Source: Eledone cirrhosa (Eukaryota). From it: a DNA stretch of 64,000 nucleotides. The position numbers and the translations under genes were made by a program. The notes under the pieces were generated by a model that ran no database searches, was not told where the DNA came from, and saw only the letters and a list, made by a program, of their open reading frames with translations. The stretch is from contig OZ024745.1 of the NCBI GenBank assembly GCA_964016885.1, positions 100,812,001 to 100,876,000 of the forward strand. Reading direction: 5' to 3'. Positions 1 to 13,205 of the stretch are shown piece by piece. How positions within the stretch are numbered: position 1 is the first letter of the stretch; the number at the start of each line of letters is the position of its first letter.

Positions 1-4
1 ATAT

Positions 5-892
5 ATTCTCGTGTAGCACCCGTCCACCATCTGAGTGAGATTCTTGGTCAGTGTCCAAGTCTTAGACCCGTACAGCAGCACAAACTCCACTACAGCAACG
101 AAGAGACGGATCTTCAGGTCTTTACGAAGGTCCGACTTCCACACCGATCTCAAGCTGTGGCACGCCGCCCAGGCTTTGCTCTTCCTCTCGACAACATCAT
201 TTTCCGTATTGCCAATCTTTGCTCCCAAATACAGGAAGTCCTCAACCGATTCTAACAGCTTGCCGCCTACATTAGTAATCTTATCTGGCTTCTTAATATT
301 CTCTACCAGATATTTCGTCTTAATCTCATTCATTCTCAGCCCCACACCCATCAACACAGTCTCCACCTCCTGAATCAAATCCTCTGCCTCCTTCACTGTG
401 TTTGTCACCAAAACTATGTCGTCAGCAAATTCAGCATCCGATGTTTTTTCGCCTTAACTCTCCTGCTCTGAACCGGTGTTACAATAAAGCCTGAGTCCTG
501 GTGTTTCTCCAGCGCAAAGCTATTACAATAATCCACTGCGATGATAAAAAGGTGGGGAGCCAATGTTGGGGATGGCTCTGAACATTAATCAGTATACACT
601 GAGGATGAGAAACTCAGAGCTGTATGGGAGCCTCCTAAATGTCAGCTCAAAAGTGACACAGAGGAGACTGAGGTTAGCTGGACATGCTCACCGATATCCA
701 GAGTTGATACTGCACTCAGTGCTCCTGTGGGAACCCCGACATGGACACACTGGAAGAGGAAGACCGAGGTTAACATATGTTGATACCATAAGGAGAAACA
801 CTGGTCTCTTGGAGACGCAGGACATGGCAGCGATAATGAGGGACAGAGACCGCTAGAGAGAACTCGTCCATGGCTCTCGGGAATTTTACCCT

Positions 893-895
<3 letters not shown>
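5..895. mobile_element. RTE-clade LINE 3' fragment with inverted 5' part (5-561 on -, 562-895 on +)
   Basis: Minus strand reads RT/post-RT motifs (APHLFIIAVDY, FVLLYGSKTWTLTKNLTQMVDGCYTR). Plus strand continues MLGMALNI...RRLRLAGHAHR...GRGRPRLTYVDTI, typical of the RTE C-terminus. (TA)n on both sides. Confidence 0.85.
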
Positions 896-954
<59 letters not shown>

Positions 955-1717
955 CTGTATATGGGTGTATGGGTGTTGGTGTGTAGATTCCGATGGAAAT
1001 CGGGGGTAACCACCGTAAATAAGGTTCTCAATACATAAGAAGAGCGAGAACATTTCTATATTAAATTTCGTTTTATATAACAGACCAATCAGCTTAATAA
1101 AGCATTACTCGAGGAACCAGACCCTTGTCGTATCTAACGGTAGATATTTCCTTTACATATCGTGATAGTTCGCTGTAAAATGTGATGAAGAAGTGCATCA
1201 TTATATTGTGTCATGATTAGACCGGAGAGCTAGCCCAAATGTTTCCAACAGTACGGATGCCTCTAAAGACACTCAAAATGGTGACGTTAAATTGGACGGC
1301 GGACGAAGCCTACCAACTTTATTTTTAGGATTACTAACCAATTCAAGCCTACTACACACATTAGATTAGATTGACTTCAAAAATTCAGGCCTACGACACA
1401 AATTAAGTCAGCTACTCTCTGAAAAGTAACGAGCTAATATGGATATTACACATACCGAAGAACAGAATAGTGAACCAACTAGACTTTAACTTCCAGTCCA
1501 GCTGTCAATCATATTTGGATAAGTCAACATAGATGATAAAAAAATAGTCCCATACTTTAATATTTTTTTTATGAAACTCACGCGAATTTCTTAAACTTGA
1601 CATTTAAATTTTACTTAAAAATGCGATTAAATTTAAATAAAAAAAAATACACAAGTTGCATTTTATATATTTGTTACAAAAACACCAATGCATTTTACAG
1701 ACGTATACATACACCAC

Positions 1718-1778
<61 letters not shown>

Positions 1779-1779
1779 A

Positions 1780-1926
1780 GTTATTCCGATTTGAATCGGA
1801 GGTAACCACAGTAAGTAAGGTACTCAATACATAGCAGAGTATAAAAGTTTTAATATTGAGATTCCTGAGGATTTCTCAAGAATGAAATAGTTCTCGTCCT
1901 GTAGAATCTCGTCCTGTAGAATCTCA
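1780..1926. mobile_element. Hammerhead-bearing small element, family A, in (TA)n
   Basis: Shares GGTAACCACAGTAAGTAAGGTACTCAATACATAG with 985-1060, 10400-10548, 31440-31500 and 60285-60488. Contains a hammerhead at 1858-1910. Confidence 0.7.
1858..1910 (+). ncRNA. Type-I hammerhead ribozyme motif (family A)
   Basis: gagattc-CTGAGGA-tttctcaagaat-GAAA-tag ttctcgtc ct-GTA-gaatctc. Stem I gagattc/gaatctc is a perfect match. Confidence 0.7.
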
Positions 1927-1950
1927 TATATATATATGTGTGCGTGTGTG

Positions 1951-2052
<102 letters not shown>

Positions 2053-2745
2053 GAGAGAGAGAGAGAAATGAAACATCGTTCTACAATATGATGCAAGATA
2101 GACTTTAATTAGAAACAATATTAAACACCTTATTACTCGCGTAGAAATACACAACTTAGTGAGGTGGTAAATGCTTGATATTGAGATTAGTAAATGATCT
2201 CTGATATAACCTTCTCACGGTTGTTTTCTAGTTTTAAGGACCCGATTTGTGTAGCTTCTTCAATATCCACTTAAGTGGAGGAGTTCTAGCACTTATGATA
2301 ATTTCATGCTCTCTAAGGGGAACGAGGTCGATGACATTGTCGTTCCTCCTTTCAACTTATGCAGGTTGATGCTTGTAGGTAAAAAGAAAAGAAAAACGAG
2401 CCAACGAACAAACTTATCTACAGTTACTAGATCTGCTAGAAATAGCAGCCAAATCATCGTCAGATTCTATCCTATTGTCTTTTAAATGGTAGGATATTGG
2501 GAGTATGAAAATATAACAGTAAGTATGATCAAGTTCGATATTCCTGATCAAGGCTGACATATGATAAACAACAACAACACACATAACATAGATAATAAGA
2601 GTTGCAGGCAGTTTCAGATCTGAGATGGGAGGTGAGTGTCGAACAAGTTCGAAGGATAAAAGGAAAATATCGAGCATTGTTGTGCTAGTTAATCTTCCAT
2701 TTTGATGTTAGTTGAAACATTCTGTTTAATAACCATGTTTTACTA

Positions 2746-2945
2746 GGAGAGGCGTGTGGCTGATTGGTTAGAGAACTGGCTTCGCAATCGCGAGGTTGTC
2801 AGTTCGATTCGTGGACTGGGCGACGCGTTATGTCCTTGAGCAAGACACTTTATTTCACGTTGCTCCTTCTACCTGGAGTTGCGATAGATAGTATTATAGT
2901 AATAGTCAACCTCGGTCCGATTTGACGAAAGTCGTTCGACAAATT
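2746..2945 (+). mobile_element. tRNA-derived SINE, family 2
   Basis: A/B-box-like head (TGGCTGATTGGTTAGA...GTTCGATTC) plus GTCCTTGAGCAAGACACTTTATTTCACGTTGCTCC. Reverse copy at 12990-13205. Confidence 0.8.
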
Positions 2946-3294
2946 TATTTACTAGGAGAATAGATCTGATCCCGCAAGACGTTGTTCCGTCGAGTATGGA
3001 CTTTACTCGATGACATAAAGCTTAGAACAAAAGGAAAACATATATACAATATATATATACATATAACATATATATATATACACATGTATGTATATATATA
3101 TATACACACATGTATGTATATATATATATATACACCACACATACATATATATACACACACACACATATATATACACATATATATATATGTACATAAACAC
3201 ACACACATGTATATATATATAACAACCGGGTGGCTTAAGAACTATTAGAAACATTTCAAATTAAGTCGATCCAACGTAAATTGCGATAATAATT

Positions 3295-3715
3295 CTTTCT
3301 ACTTTAGGCACAAGACCAGCAATTACCCAGTACATTACTAGTACTTTATTTTATCGACCCCGTAAGGATGAAAGGCAAAGTTAACCTCGACGGGATTTGA
3401 ACTCAGACCGTAAAGGGATGTAACTATGCTGGAAAGAATGACGTTTCCACGGTACTTGCACCGATTTTCTCAACTATTATTTATAGTAATCAGGGCGGTA
3501 GTTTGGCAGTATCGGTAGAGAGTCAGACGCCATGCTTTGCAGCATAGAATTACGGCCCTTTATGATCTGAGTTCAGCTGGTGCCGAGGTTAACTTTGCCT
3601 TTCATCCTTACGGGGTCGATAAAATAAAGTACCAGTCACGTAATGGTTCGACTTAATCGACTTTCCCCTCCCCACAAAAAATATTACTGGCCTTATGCCT
3701 ATACTAGAAATCATT
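3295..3715. mobile_element. Two head-to-head tRNA-derived SINE family 1 copies (3295-3450 -, 3492-3715 +)
   Basis: Family core GAGGTTAACTTTGCCTTTCATCCTTACGGGGTCGATAAAATAAAGTACCAGT is present in both orientations. Confidence 0.85.
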
Positions 3716-5559
3716 ATTTATAGTAATCGACTATTATTGTAATCAGTTGTGTTGGGGCGATTTCATTTAAAATGCATATGTACATACGCGCGCTAACACA
3801 CACACATATGTGTGTATATATATGAGAGTATATAATTGTGTATGGATGAGAAACAAAACAAAACATGCTGGCGTACATTTCATAGGCGAGCAAAGTAGGT
3901 TTAAGTAGGGTCAAGGTAGTAATTATATACAAATACGTTAGAGGTTCGAAAACGGTATGAATAATTCTTTGGTGTTAATGCGTCTATCGTGAAGCAGATA
4001 ATTATAAGAAACATGTTTATATGGATATGGTAAATGACTCTGTTGTATACCTAGCTCAGAAAACAGACGCCACAAACTAAAACAAAGAGCTGGATTTCTA
4101 AGCTCCGTGTGTGATATAACAGCACCCCATACCTTCAAAAAGAGACATGCAATTCAGTTAAGTGGTGTAAGTGAAGCAATAGACACCAGATGTATGTATC
4201 AGTATGTATTTAATAAGGTCTGCTTTTACATTGATTGAAATTTAAAGGCAGATCTCTTTACAGTTAAACGATTCCACATTGAAAGTTAGTATCTAGATTA
4301 TATGAACAAATAATCTATTTTAAACGAATATCTAGAAACTGTTAAATATGTGTTATCTTTACATTAAAACTGTCTCCTATTCGAGATTGTTCCATATTAA
4401 GGAAGTTAGAACTGTTCTTTGGTGAAATGTATTTTTATGATTTGTTTCAGTGGAATATTTTAATATAGTTTCTACTACCACTCAGAATTAGGATTTAAGT
4501 TTGAAAACAAGTTTTTAAAACATATTTAACCAGCGTAAGCAAGTAATTATAATAATAATAACAACACTGCTTATATATATACATGGCGATATATAGACAC
4601 AATATAAACATGCCATTATATACACACATATGTGTATATAATGGAGTATAGATGAGAAACATAACATAAGGAACGTTAAAGAAATATATATTTACTAACA
4701 TAGGAAGAAAACGCGATAATAACATAATAAGGTCAAAGGTGAGAACTTTTAAAAACCAGATCTTCCCTAGAATTTCTATCGTGTATTTTTCTTTCTTAGA
4801 GGCTTATATAGTTTCGGTGAAATTCTTAGAAACAAAAACAAGACGCCCTGGCTTCGTTTAACTTGACGCTTGAGTTATACGTACATTCTCATCGGCTCAT
4901 TACCTGATTTTTGGTAACTTAAACACAATAAACTACCCAAATAATAAAAAATAATGAAATAAAAACTAAGTGTAATGATGATAATTATCATAAAACGGAA
5001 ACAATGCGAAAAATAGCATAGATTGGTTTGTTTAATCTGCTTGCATTCAGACGGGTCAGTCGGTTCTAAAATAAAATTGCCCTTGTTGAAAACAATATAT
5101 AACTGCCTTATCTTACAAAAAAGGAAACTAGCATTTCTAATATTTTTTCAGCTTCCATTCAAAAGCAGTGTGAAAAAAAAAATTTAATAGTAAAATATAG
5201 AAAATTAAACAGTTGAGAGAGTGTGTGTGTGATGAGAGGGGGAAGGGGTGATCATGGAAGGAGTAAAGAGTGTGTGAAAAGGAGAGAACGAAAGAAGCAT
5301 GGTGAGAAGAAAAATGTTTCTGTAAATACACACACACACACACATATATTATTATTATTATTATTATTGGTCTGTTCGGACGTCTTTTTGCTCGCTCCCA
5401 GTAAGCCGCTTTATTTACCTGTTATGATTATTTGTTGTTAAAATGTTCTTGTTGTGTAAAGGATATAAGCCCTTGGACTCTGCCCTGTGAAGGGGAAAGT
5501 ATAATATTTGGGCCTTTTGGCCCAAATATTTAAACATTTTACTTTTTAAAATTTAAAAA

Positions 5560-8500
5560 AGAAAACCTGGCTGAGCCACGCCCCCAGCAATATGTCTGCT
5601 GTCGTGTGACAACGGCGTAAAAGTTGAGAGGAGGATTAGTGAAATTCATACAACAAACACCGCCACAAAAAAACGTGAGCAAAGACAACACTGAGAACAC
5701 TAATTTTGAAAAAATGATCACCCCAACTACAACAATAACAGCGACAACCAAAATACAGACAACAGAAAAAAATGACAACAAATGCAACACCACTAACAAG
5801 AAAATAAACAACGACAACACCAACAGCAACAATACAAATTGCACCGAAAACAACAACAAAGGTGGCACCAAAAACACAACCAACTACAACAGTGATAACA
5901 GCAACAACACCATTTGAAGCAACAACAAGACCAGTAGCGGCAGCAATAATGGTGCCGCTGATAAGGGGGCCACTTCTTTCGCAGATGTGGCCCGATATAT
6001 AGAGACATGGCTAGTTACGGAGGAGGAGATGGCAGTCGTAAGAGCCATGGTGACAAGAAATGAAAATAGAGTTTTCCTGAAACCTCCACCCGAATTCTTC
6101 AAAGACCAGCAGTTGCGCACGGTGACTTACCGCAACGTAAGCAAAATGTCACATCGGGTGGAGAGAGCCACGGAGTCTCAAACCCCAAAAGCCTTGGGGT
6201 GCGTCTTGGCACGCAAAACCCACATCACTCGAGGCAAAAAGTACGCCACAGTAGACGTACTTTTCGCCACCCCCCAAGAGGCGAAGTCTCACTCTTTGGA
6301 AATCCTAAAGAGTGACGAGATAGTCTTGGAGCTCTCCTACTGCGGGCAGAAAATTGTGAGGGTCAAAGTGACCCAGGTACCGCCCAACGTCCCCATGTTT
6401 TTTCGGAGAGGCTTGGATCTCGCTATACGGGCCATGTTCCTGGATCCAGAAAGTAAGTTGGTGGTGCTGGACGTGACCGGCAGCGAAGGAGATGCTTTCA
6501 GGCTAGTAGCCGTCTACGCCTCAACAGGGGCAGGACGGCCAGATTTCTTCAGACGTCTACAGACCTTTCTTGGAACGTTTCGCTCTTTAGTGTTAGTGGG
6601 CGACTGGAACGGTATCTTAGATGCATGTGGAGGCTAGTAGACAGAGCAGGAGGGTGTAAAAGCCTCAACAACCTGCTCAGACGTTTTGAACTGTCTGACA
6701 GGTATAGAATGGATTATCCGCATGAGTCAATGTGGATATGGGCAAACCGCATCGGGTGGTCCAGATCGTTTTTGGATAGGGTATTCTGTAGAAAAACAGA
6801 TAAGGCTAGTGTAGGTTTTCCACAATTTAAAGTAGTCGACTACATGGAACACAACTCTGTGATCTGTGAAGTTAACTTAGATAGACTCCATAGGCAAGAG
6901 CCCGGTTACTGGAGGCTGAACGCGTCGTTCCCGGCGCGCAAAGCTTACAGAGACCGGATTAGCGAATTAGTTAAGCGTGCGTTGACGGGTGCGATCGTCA
7001 ACAACAGGTGGTGGTTTACCCTGAAAAGGGCTATTAGAGTAGAATCGATAAGGTTTAGCAAGGGAGTAGTGATAGAGGAAAATAGACTAGAGGGAGAGTA
7101 AGTTAGAAAGCTAGAAGAGGCGTTTAGGAGAGGCATCGCTACCGACGAGCTTGCGGCGAGATTTGCACTCGACCAATTCTTAAACGCAATGCATGAAGGC
7201 TGCGTTGTCAGAACTAAGATACGAGGGAACGAAAGCCGTTCAATGGGCCCGGGTGGTGGAGGTGCAACGTGGCAACAAGTCCACAATTCGATCTTTGCCT
7301 GATCAAAACGGCCGCATGTTGCTCGAAACCGAGCAGATGTGTGCGGTTTTTACAACAGCACTTTGCTCAATTGTTCGGGAGCAGCGGCGGGCCAGGCCGG
7401 AGTATGGACTTCGGTGCATACCTCGACGGACTGCCGCGGCTCTCGAAAACCTCAGCGCGGTGCTGCGAAAAGCCGATAACAGCAGGTGAAATATGGAAAG
7501 CGATGTCTGACTGCACGAGGGGTAAATCGCCAGGTTTGGATGGTCTGCCCTACGAGCTTTATGCGTATATGCCAGACTTGTTCGGTGACCTCTTGGCAGA
7601 TGTCTACTGCAACTGGCAGCAGAACGGGAGCATTCCCAGCTTTGTGAGACGGGGAGCGGTAGCGCTGCTGAGAAAAGACCCGAACAAGGGGGACGTTATA
7701 CACAACTTCAGGCCTATAACTATGCTAAACGCAGAGTTTAAGATTTTGGCCAAGGTGTTAGCAAATTGATTGGCGCTTGTCGTCGGTGATCTGGTGGGAA
7801 AGGCGCAGATATGCGCCATTCCGGACAGATCTATCCACGACAACCTCCATCTCATGCGATACATACATTATAGTGAGGGTGGTTAAGGAACCTGGCACGG
7901 GTAGGGCTCTGATCAACTTGGATCAATCTAAAGCATTTGATAGGGTCGACCATCGGTACCTGGCTGCAGTCCTCGAGGCGGCCGGCTTCAGGCCCGTTTT
8001 TAGGGGCTGGATCGCGGTGATGCACAGTGACATCTGCTCGATTGTGAGAGCCTTTCAGTATCATGCGCTCGGTCCTCCAGGGTTGCCCCATCTCGTCCCT
8101 CTTGTACTACTGGCCCTCGAGCCGTTACTGCACAAATTGGAGACGATGGGGGGGGGGGGGTCCCACGCGTACTAGGATGTGGAAGATCCGTATCAGCTTA
8201 CGCCAAACAACATCACCGTGGTGGTGTCGAGCACCAAACACGTCCAGATGCTCGGCACCGCTTTCAAGGTATACGAAGCGGTGACAGGAGCAAAGATAAA
8301 CCAGGAAAAGTCGGTGAGCTTGTAACTCGGCACCTGGAGAGGCAAGTCCATGCCGTCCGACAGCATCGTGGTCGCTGGACGGAAGGGCCGCTTAAATTGC
8401 TCGGGTTCTGGTTCGGTCCGGACCTCCAGATGGAGAAAAACTGGAGCGAGGTGACGAGCAGGGTGGCCTCTCTCACCCAGAAATGGGCCGAGAGGAGGCT

Positions 8501-9802
8501 GTCTCTCAAAGGAGGTCGTGAACGCGTACATCGCGTCCGTCATCTGTTACCACCTGACCGTCGTACCTTGTCCCCGCCCAACTCTGACCAAAATGGTGCG
8601 CCTTCTCTTCCGCTTTTTGTGGAAGGGACCTGCTCCCATGGTCAGACCATCCATTTGCTGTCAATAGCCGTTGCCTGTAGGACTAGGCATGCCGTGGCTG
8701 ATGATGCGCAAGCATGCGCTGAGGCTGCGACATCTCTGGTGCTTTCTTGACGGTGAACAGGTGTGGTCGCCGTTTGCCAGACGCGCTTTTCCCCAGCTCG
8801 TCTCCTTGACGGAGCTGCAGTCCTGGATCAGGAAAAGACTGAGGGATAGCGCTTGGGAGCTGGAATGTCTCCAAGCGCTCACCGCCCTCAACCAGCTGGG
8901 CACTAGTATCGATGGAACATCCATCTCGGCGTGGAGAGAAAGAGCGACGACGTTCTCGCCGAGACCCTGGCGTCGAAGACGATCAGCTGTTCGCTCTCTT
9001 CAAGAGAACTTTCAGACCAGGGCCTATGGACAACTTCCATAAATCCCTGGTCTGGCAGTGCTACCGGGAGCGTTGCCGGTTCGGGATAAGCTCTACAGGC
9101 ACGGAGGTGCTGTCAGCCGAGCTTGTCCGAGGTGCGCGCAGGGCTACGAAACCGTCCTGCACGCACTTGTTCAGTGCCCGAGGATTGTTGACTTGTGGAG
9201 CTATGTCGAACAGCTGCTGTCGCGTGTAGGACGGATCCGGTTATCGACTGAGTCCATTGTGCAGATAGCCCCGCCATGCTCCTTTAAAGAGGAGGAAGGG
9301 CAGGCAGTTTTCATCTGCCTGGTGGCCATGGCGAAAGAGGTTGTGTGGTGGACAAGGTTGAAAGGATTAAAGACGGACACTTTCCTCTCCGGCCAATCCC
9401 AGATGAACTTTTTCAAGTTTCACTTGAAGAGGAAAATCAGGGTGGAGAGGCAAGTGCTGTCTTCTCGTAAGTTTGTTGAAAGGTGGGTGAATGTGGCGAG
9501 TCTGGTCCGAGTGAACGGGTCCGCTCTGAGTATGCGCCCGTAGACTGAGGAGTGGGAAAACTGAGAGAGGGCGCTTGCCCTGGTGGTCAGGGTGGCCGTG
9601 GTTTTTTGTGTGCTTTTCGCCACGAGTGACCCTCGGAGGTTTCCCCCCATTTTGGGGAATTTTTGTTGCTTGAATTTTTTTTGATTTCTAGCCCGATTTC
9701 TATCTTGTTATAACCTGTTTACACGTCCAAAACCCACTTTGTATCGTCCTGTACCGTCTCTAATTTTTTTCTCCATGTTAGCCCTTGTGGCCAATAAAGA
9801 AA
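5560..9802 (+). mobile_element. Degenerate L1/Tx1-clade non-LTR retrotransposon (partial ORF1, APE, RT, C-terminal Zn finger)
   Basis: APE motifs FRLVAVYA, LVGDWNG, SFLDRVF, PGYWRLN. RT motifs KSPGLDGLPYELY, NFRPITMLNAEFKILAK, LDQSKAFDRVDH, SVLQGCPISSLL. CPRC...ETVLHALVQC finger. 3' AATAAA at ~9794. Many stops and frameshifts. 5' boundary uncertain. Confidence 0.92.
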
Positions 9803-9807
9803 CCATT

Positions 9808-9979
9808 GCATTGGGAGTATCGGTAGAGGGTCGGACGTCATGATTTGCAGAGTTACGGCCCTTTACGGTCTGAGTTCAAATCCCGCCGAGGTTAATTTTG
9901 CCTTTCATCCTTACGGGGTCGATAAAATAAAGTACCAGTAACACACTAGGATAATTGCTGGCCTTGTACCAATAGTAGA

Positions 9980-10015
<36 letters not shown>

Positions 10016-10170
10016 TTCTACTTTTGGCACAAGGCCAGCAATTATTCCAGTACATTACTGGTACTTATTTTATCGATCCTGTAAGGATGAAAGGCAAAGT
10101 TAACCTCGGCGGGATTTGAACTCAGAATGGCAAGGACCGTAACTCTATGCGTCAAAGCATGGCGTCCGAA
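9808..10170. mobile_element. Tail-to-tail SINE family 1 pair sharing a (TAA)n tract
   Basis: Plus copy 9808-9982, (TAA)n, minus copy 10014-10170, both with the family core and tail. Confidence 0.85.
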
Positions 10171-10356
10171 ATAATAATAATAATAATAATTATTATTATT
10201 ATTATTATTATTAAAAAATGAAATAATGTTTTAAAAAGGTGAAGCAGTTAATTAATCACTTGTTTTACGATCGTTTCAGAGAGCTAGATTATGGATGTGC
10301 TGGATAATCGATAGCACTTGTGCGGTTTCACAAAAAGGTACAGATATCCTTCTGTC

Positions 10357-10387
<31 letters not shown>

Positions 10388-10399
10388 TATAACAAATTT

Positions 10400-10548
10400 T
10401 ATATAGAAATGGTTCTATATGATGATTTCCTTCGAATGAAACAGTTCTAGTCCTGTAGACGCCATTTCTATATTAGATTTGTTGTTTACACTCTTCTAAA
10501 TTATTGAGTACCTTACTTTCTTTGGTTACCCCCGATTGAACCCGAGAC
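10400..10548 (+). mobile_element. Family A element with degenerate hammerhead core
   Basis: ATGATGA (core C mutated)...GAAACAG ttctagtc CTGTA, followed by the family A 3' sequence ending GGTTACCCCCGATTGAACCCG. Confidence 0.6.
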
Positions 10549-10610
10549 ACACACACACTCTCTCACTCCTTCTTTCTCTCTCTCTCTCTCTCTATCTATC
10601 TCTCTCCCTC

Positions 10611-10641
<31 letters not shown>

Positions 10642-10672
10642 CACACACACATATATGTATATATATATATAA

Positions 10673-10966
10673 TTTGTGGATTTGAAAGAAGCATCAACGT
10701 TTTTTGACTATGAAAAATAGTCTATGTTGGGCATACAAACCTGATGACGGACAAAATTTGTACAGCACCTTTGTGGGCTTCGAACCTACACCTGCAATAT
10801 ATCGTTTCGTGTAAATGGTAAGCCTGGTATAATAATATTATACATGTGTAAGTTTGAGTCTCACGGACAATGCTGTACAATTTTCTCCTTCTCTAAGATT
10901 GATATGTCAAATTCATTCGACTATTTTTCATAGTCAAGCAACTTGATGCTTTTTTAAATTCACAAA
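10673..10966. repeat. Old degenerate fold-back or MITE
   Basis: tttgtggatttgaaagaagcatcaa...gactatgaaaaatagtc pairs with gactatttttcatagtc...ttgatgcttttttaaattcacaaa. Weaker pairing continues inward. Confidence 0.6.
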
Positions 10967-10995
10967 CTTCCAATCTCTCAATGATTCCCCAGGTG

Positions 10996-12075
10996 CTAAG
11001 CTACACACCCATCGCCTTTTGCGCCTGTCAACTTTTCGTATTCTTCTAAGAAGATGGTGACCACCTCGATTTCCGATGTATTCGACATTATCACAGTAAC
11101 GTCGTCCGCATATACTGTCGAAGAACCCTTACGTCCTAGATAGAACGAGATGTTCTTCAACAGCCCCATCTTTCGGAGTTGTGGCTTAAGAGACTGTACA
11201 TTTAGAAGAGAGGATAGAAGGTAACCATGACGGACCGAGCACAGGATCTGAAACGGTTCCGATAGATTGCCATTTACTCTGACCACTGAACAGATGCCGC
11301 AATGCATTACAGCGGTCCAGCCTCTGAAGAGGGGGCCGAAACCGACTGCCTTGATAAGAGTCTCCAATTAATGATAGTAGACTATCGAAAGCTTTCGATT
11401 GATCTAAATTGATCAGAGCCCCACCAAAGCCAGGTTTACTCCCTACTCTTTCTATGATGCACCGCATGAGGTGCTGGCTGTCGTGTACAGACCTGGTCCG
11501 GATTACGCATGCCTGCGCTTCACCAACCAGACTCTTGGAAACAAGCACCACCCGCTTTGCAAAACACCTTGGGCAAGATCTTAAACTCTGTGTTCAGCAG
11601 TGATGTGTGCCGGAAACATACATTTACGTCCCCTTTATTTACGTTTTTCTCTCGTCGGTGTTATTACTCCTCGGCTTTCGGAACTGGGAATGGTCCCATT
11701 TCTCTTGTTTCTTGTTATAGACATCTGCGAACAAATTTGGCATGCCTATGTAAACTTCGTAGAGTAGACCATCCAAACCTGGTGATCTACGCCTCATACT
11801 GCCGTCCAGGGCTTTCTGTATATTGCCTGGTGTTATTTGCTTTTCTGCAGCACTCGCCGAAGTAGAAACTATAGTCCGCCACTGTTTCTCCGCTTACCCC
11901 GAACAGTTGTGTAAAGTACCCCCGGAAAGCAGCACACAGCTGAAATAGAGCAGCACGCACCCATCTCGATCAGTCAAAAGCCGAAATGTGGCTTTATTGC
12001 CATGCTGTGCCTCTTCCACACGGGTCCATTAAACCGCTTTCGTTCCTTCGTGTATTAGAGCACGTTTCTTAACTC
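10996..12075 (-). mobile_element. Second Tx1-like LINE RT fragment
   Basis: ALINLDQSKAFD, GFGPLFRGW, SVRHGYLLSSLL, VYADDVTV. Homologous to 7200-8300 but diverged. Confidence 0.88.
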
Positions 12076-12117
12076 ACACACATATATATATATATGCATA
12101 TATATGCGCATTCATAC

Positions 12118-12930
12118 AAAATAGCTCCAAGAAAGAGATATTTTTGAGCCGTATATTATAATAGAATATAAAAGAAAAACGAACACAGACATATACATAT
12201 ATGTGTTCAAATCGCAAGGGACCAGATTCGCTAAGGTGAAAAGAATACTAACTATAGACAATTGGGTTTGCTTGTCTCAATTTAAGAAAAAATCAAGAAA
12301 ATAAATACAAACCGGAATTGTGGTAACTACCAATCACCAAGACAGCTTGGTGTTGTTTCACTACCAATTCAAGCTAATCAGTGGGTGATGAATTAGTATC
12401 CTAGACACTACTAAGTATATTAAAAAACTGAATAGTGTGCTATATATAATAGTGCACATGGTATCTTAGCGTATCTCACAAACTTACACCACTAGAAACA
12501 ACGTTAATTTGTTGAGCTATTTCAAATGTTGAATAAACCTGGCTGCTATTTCTAGTGGTGTAAGTTTGTGAGACACGCTAAGATACCATGTGCGCTATTA
12601 TATATAGCACACTATTCAGTTTCTTAATATACTTAAAAGTGTCTAGGATACTAATTCATCACCCACTGAAGAGCTTGAATTGGTAGCGAAACAACACCAA
12701 GCTGTCTGGGTGATTAGTAGTTACCACAATTCCGGTTTGTATTTATTTCCTTGATTTTTTTCTTAAATTGAGACAAGCAAACCCTATTGTCTATAGTTAG
12801 TATTCTTTTCACCTTAGCGAATCTGGTCCCTTGCGATTTGAACACATATATGTATATGTCTGTGTTCGTTTTTCTTTTATATTCTATTATAATATACGGC
12901 TCGGAAATATCTCTTTCTTAGAGCTATTTT
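12118..12930. repeat. ~810 bp fold-back (about 380 bp arms, 50 bp spacer) with a hammerhead in each arm
   Basis: 12118-12498 is the near-perfect reverse complement of 12549-12930. Confidence 0.95.
12658..12714 (+). ncRNA. Type-I hammerhead ribozyme motif (family B)
   Basis: atcaccca-CTGAAGA-gct tgaattggt agc-GAAAC-a acaccaagc t-GTC-tgggtgat. 8 bp stem I, GUC cleavage site. The mirror copy at ~12333-12389 (-) has core CTGATTA. Confidence 0.85.
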
Positions 12931-12989
12931 ATTGTAAGAGACTATTTTGAGGTCCTAACTCAATATATACCTTTGATATATATATTAAG

Positions 12990-13205
12990 GAACGATCGAC
13001 TTTCGTCAAATCGGACCGAGGGAACAATGTTTCCGTTGGTCTTTCCAATTGCTAATACTATCTATCGGTCGCAACTCCAGGTGGAAGGAGCAACGTGAAA
13101 TAAAGTGTCTTGCTCAAAGACATAACCTATCGCCTGGTCCAGGAATCGAACTCACAACCTTACGATTGCGAATCCAATTCTCTAACCACTCAGCCACACG
13201 CCTTC
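12990..13205 (-). mobile_element. tRNA-derived SINE, family 2
   Basis: Reverse-complement homolog of 2746-2945. Confidence 0.8.

Noticed and set aside
2746-2830. tRNA-like sequence
   Set aside because: No complete cloverleaf, and it continues into SINE body sequence. Treated as a SINE head, like other tRNA-like heads in the window.
5504-5531. GGCCTTTTGGC resembling U2 stem I (possible U2-targeting site for the adjacent Tx1) or a histone stem-loop
   Set aside because: The match is only 11 nt within a 12 bp hairpin (aatatttgggcc tttt ggcccaaatatt). There is no further U2 homology and no histone CDS upstream.
10741-10775. CTGATGA suggesting a hammerhead
   Set aside because: No correctly placed GAAA or stem II. 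It lies within an old degenerate fold-back.
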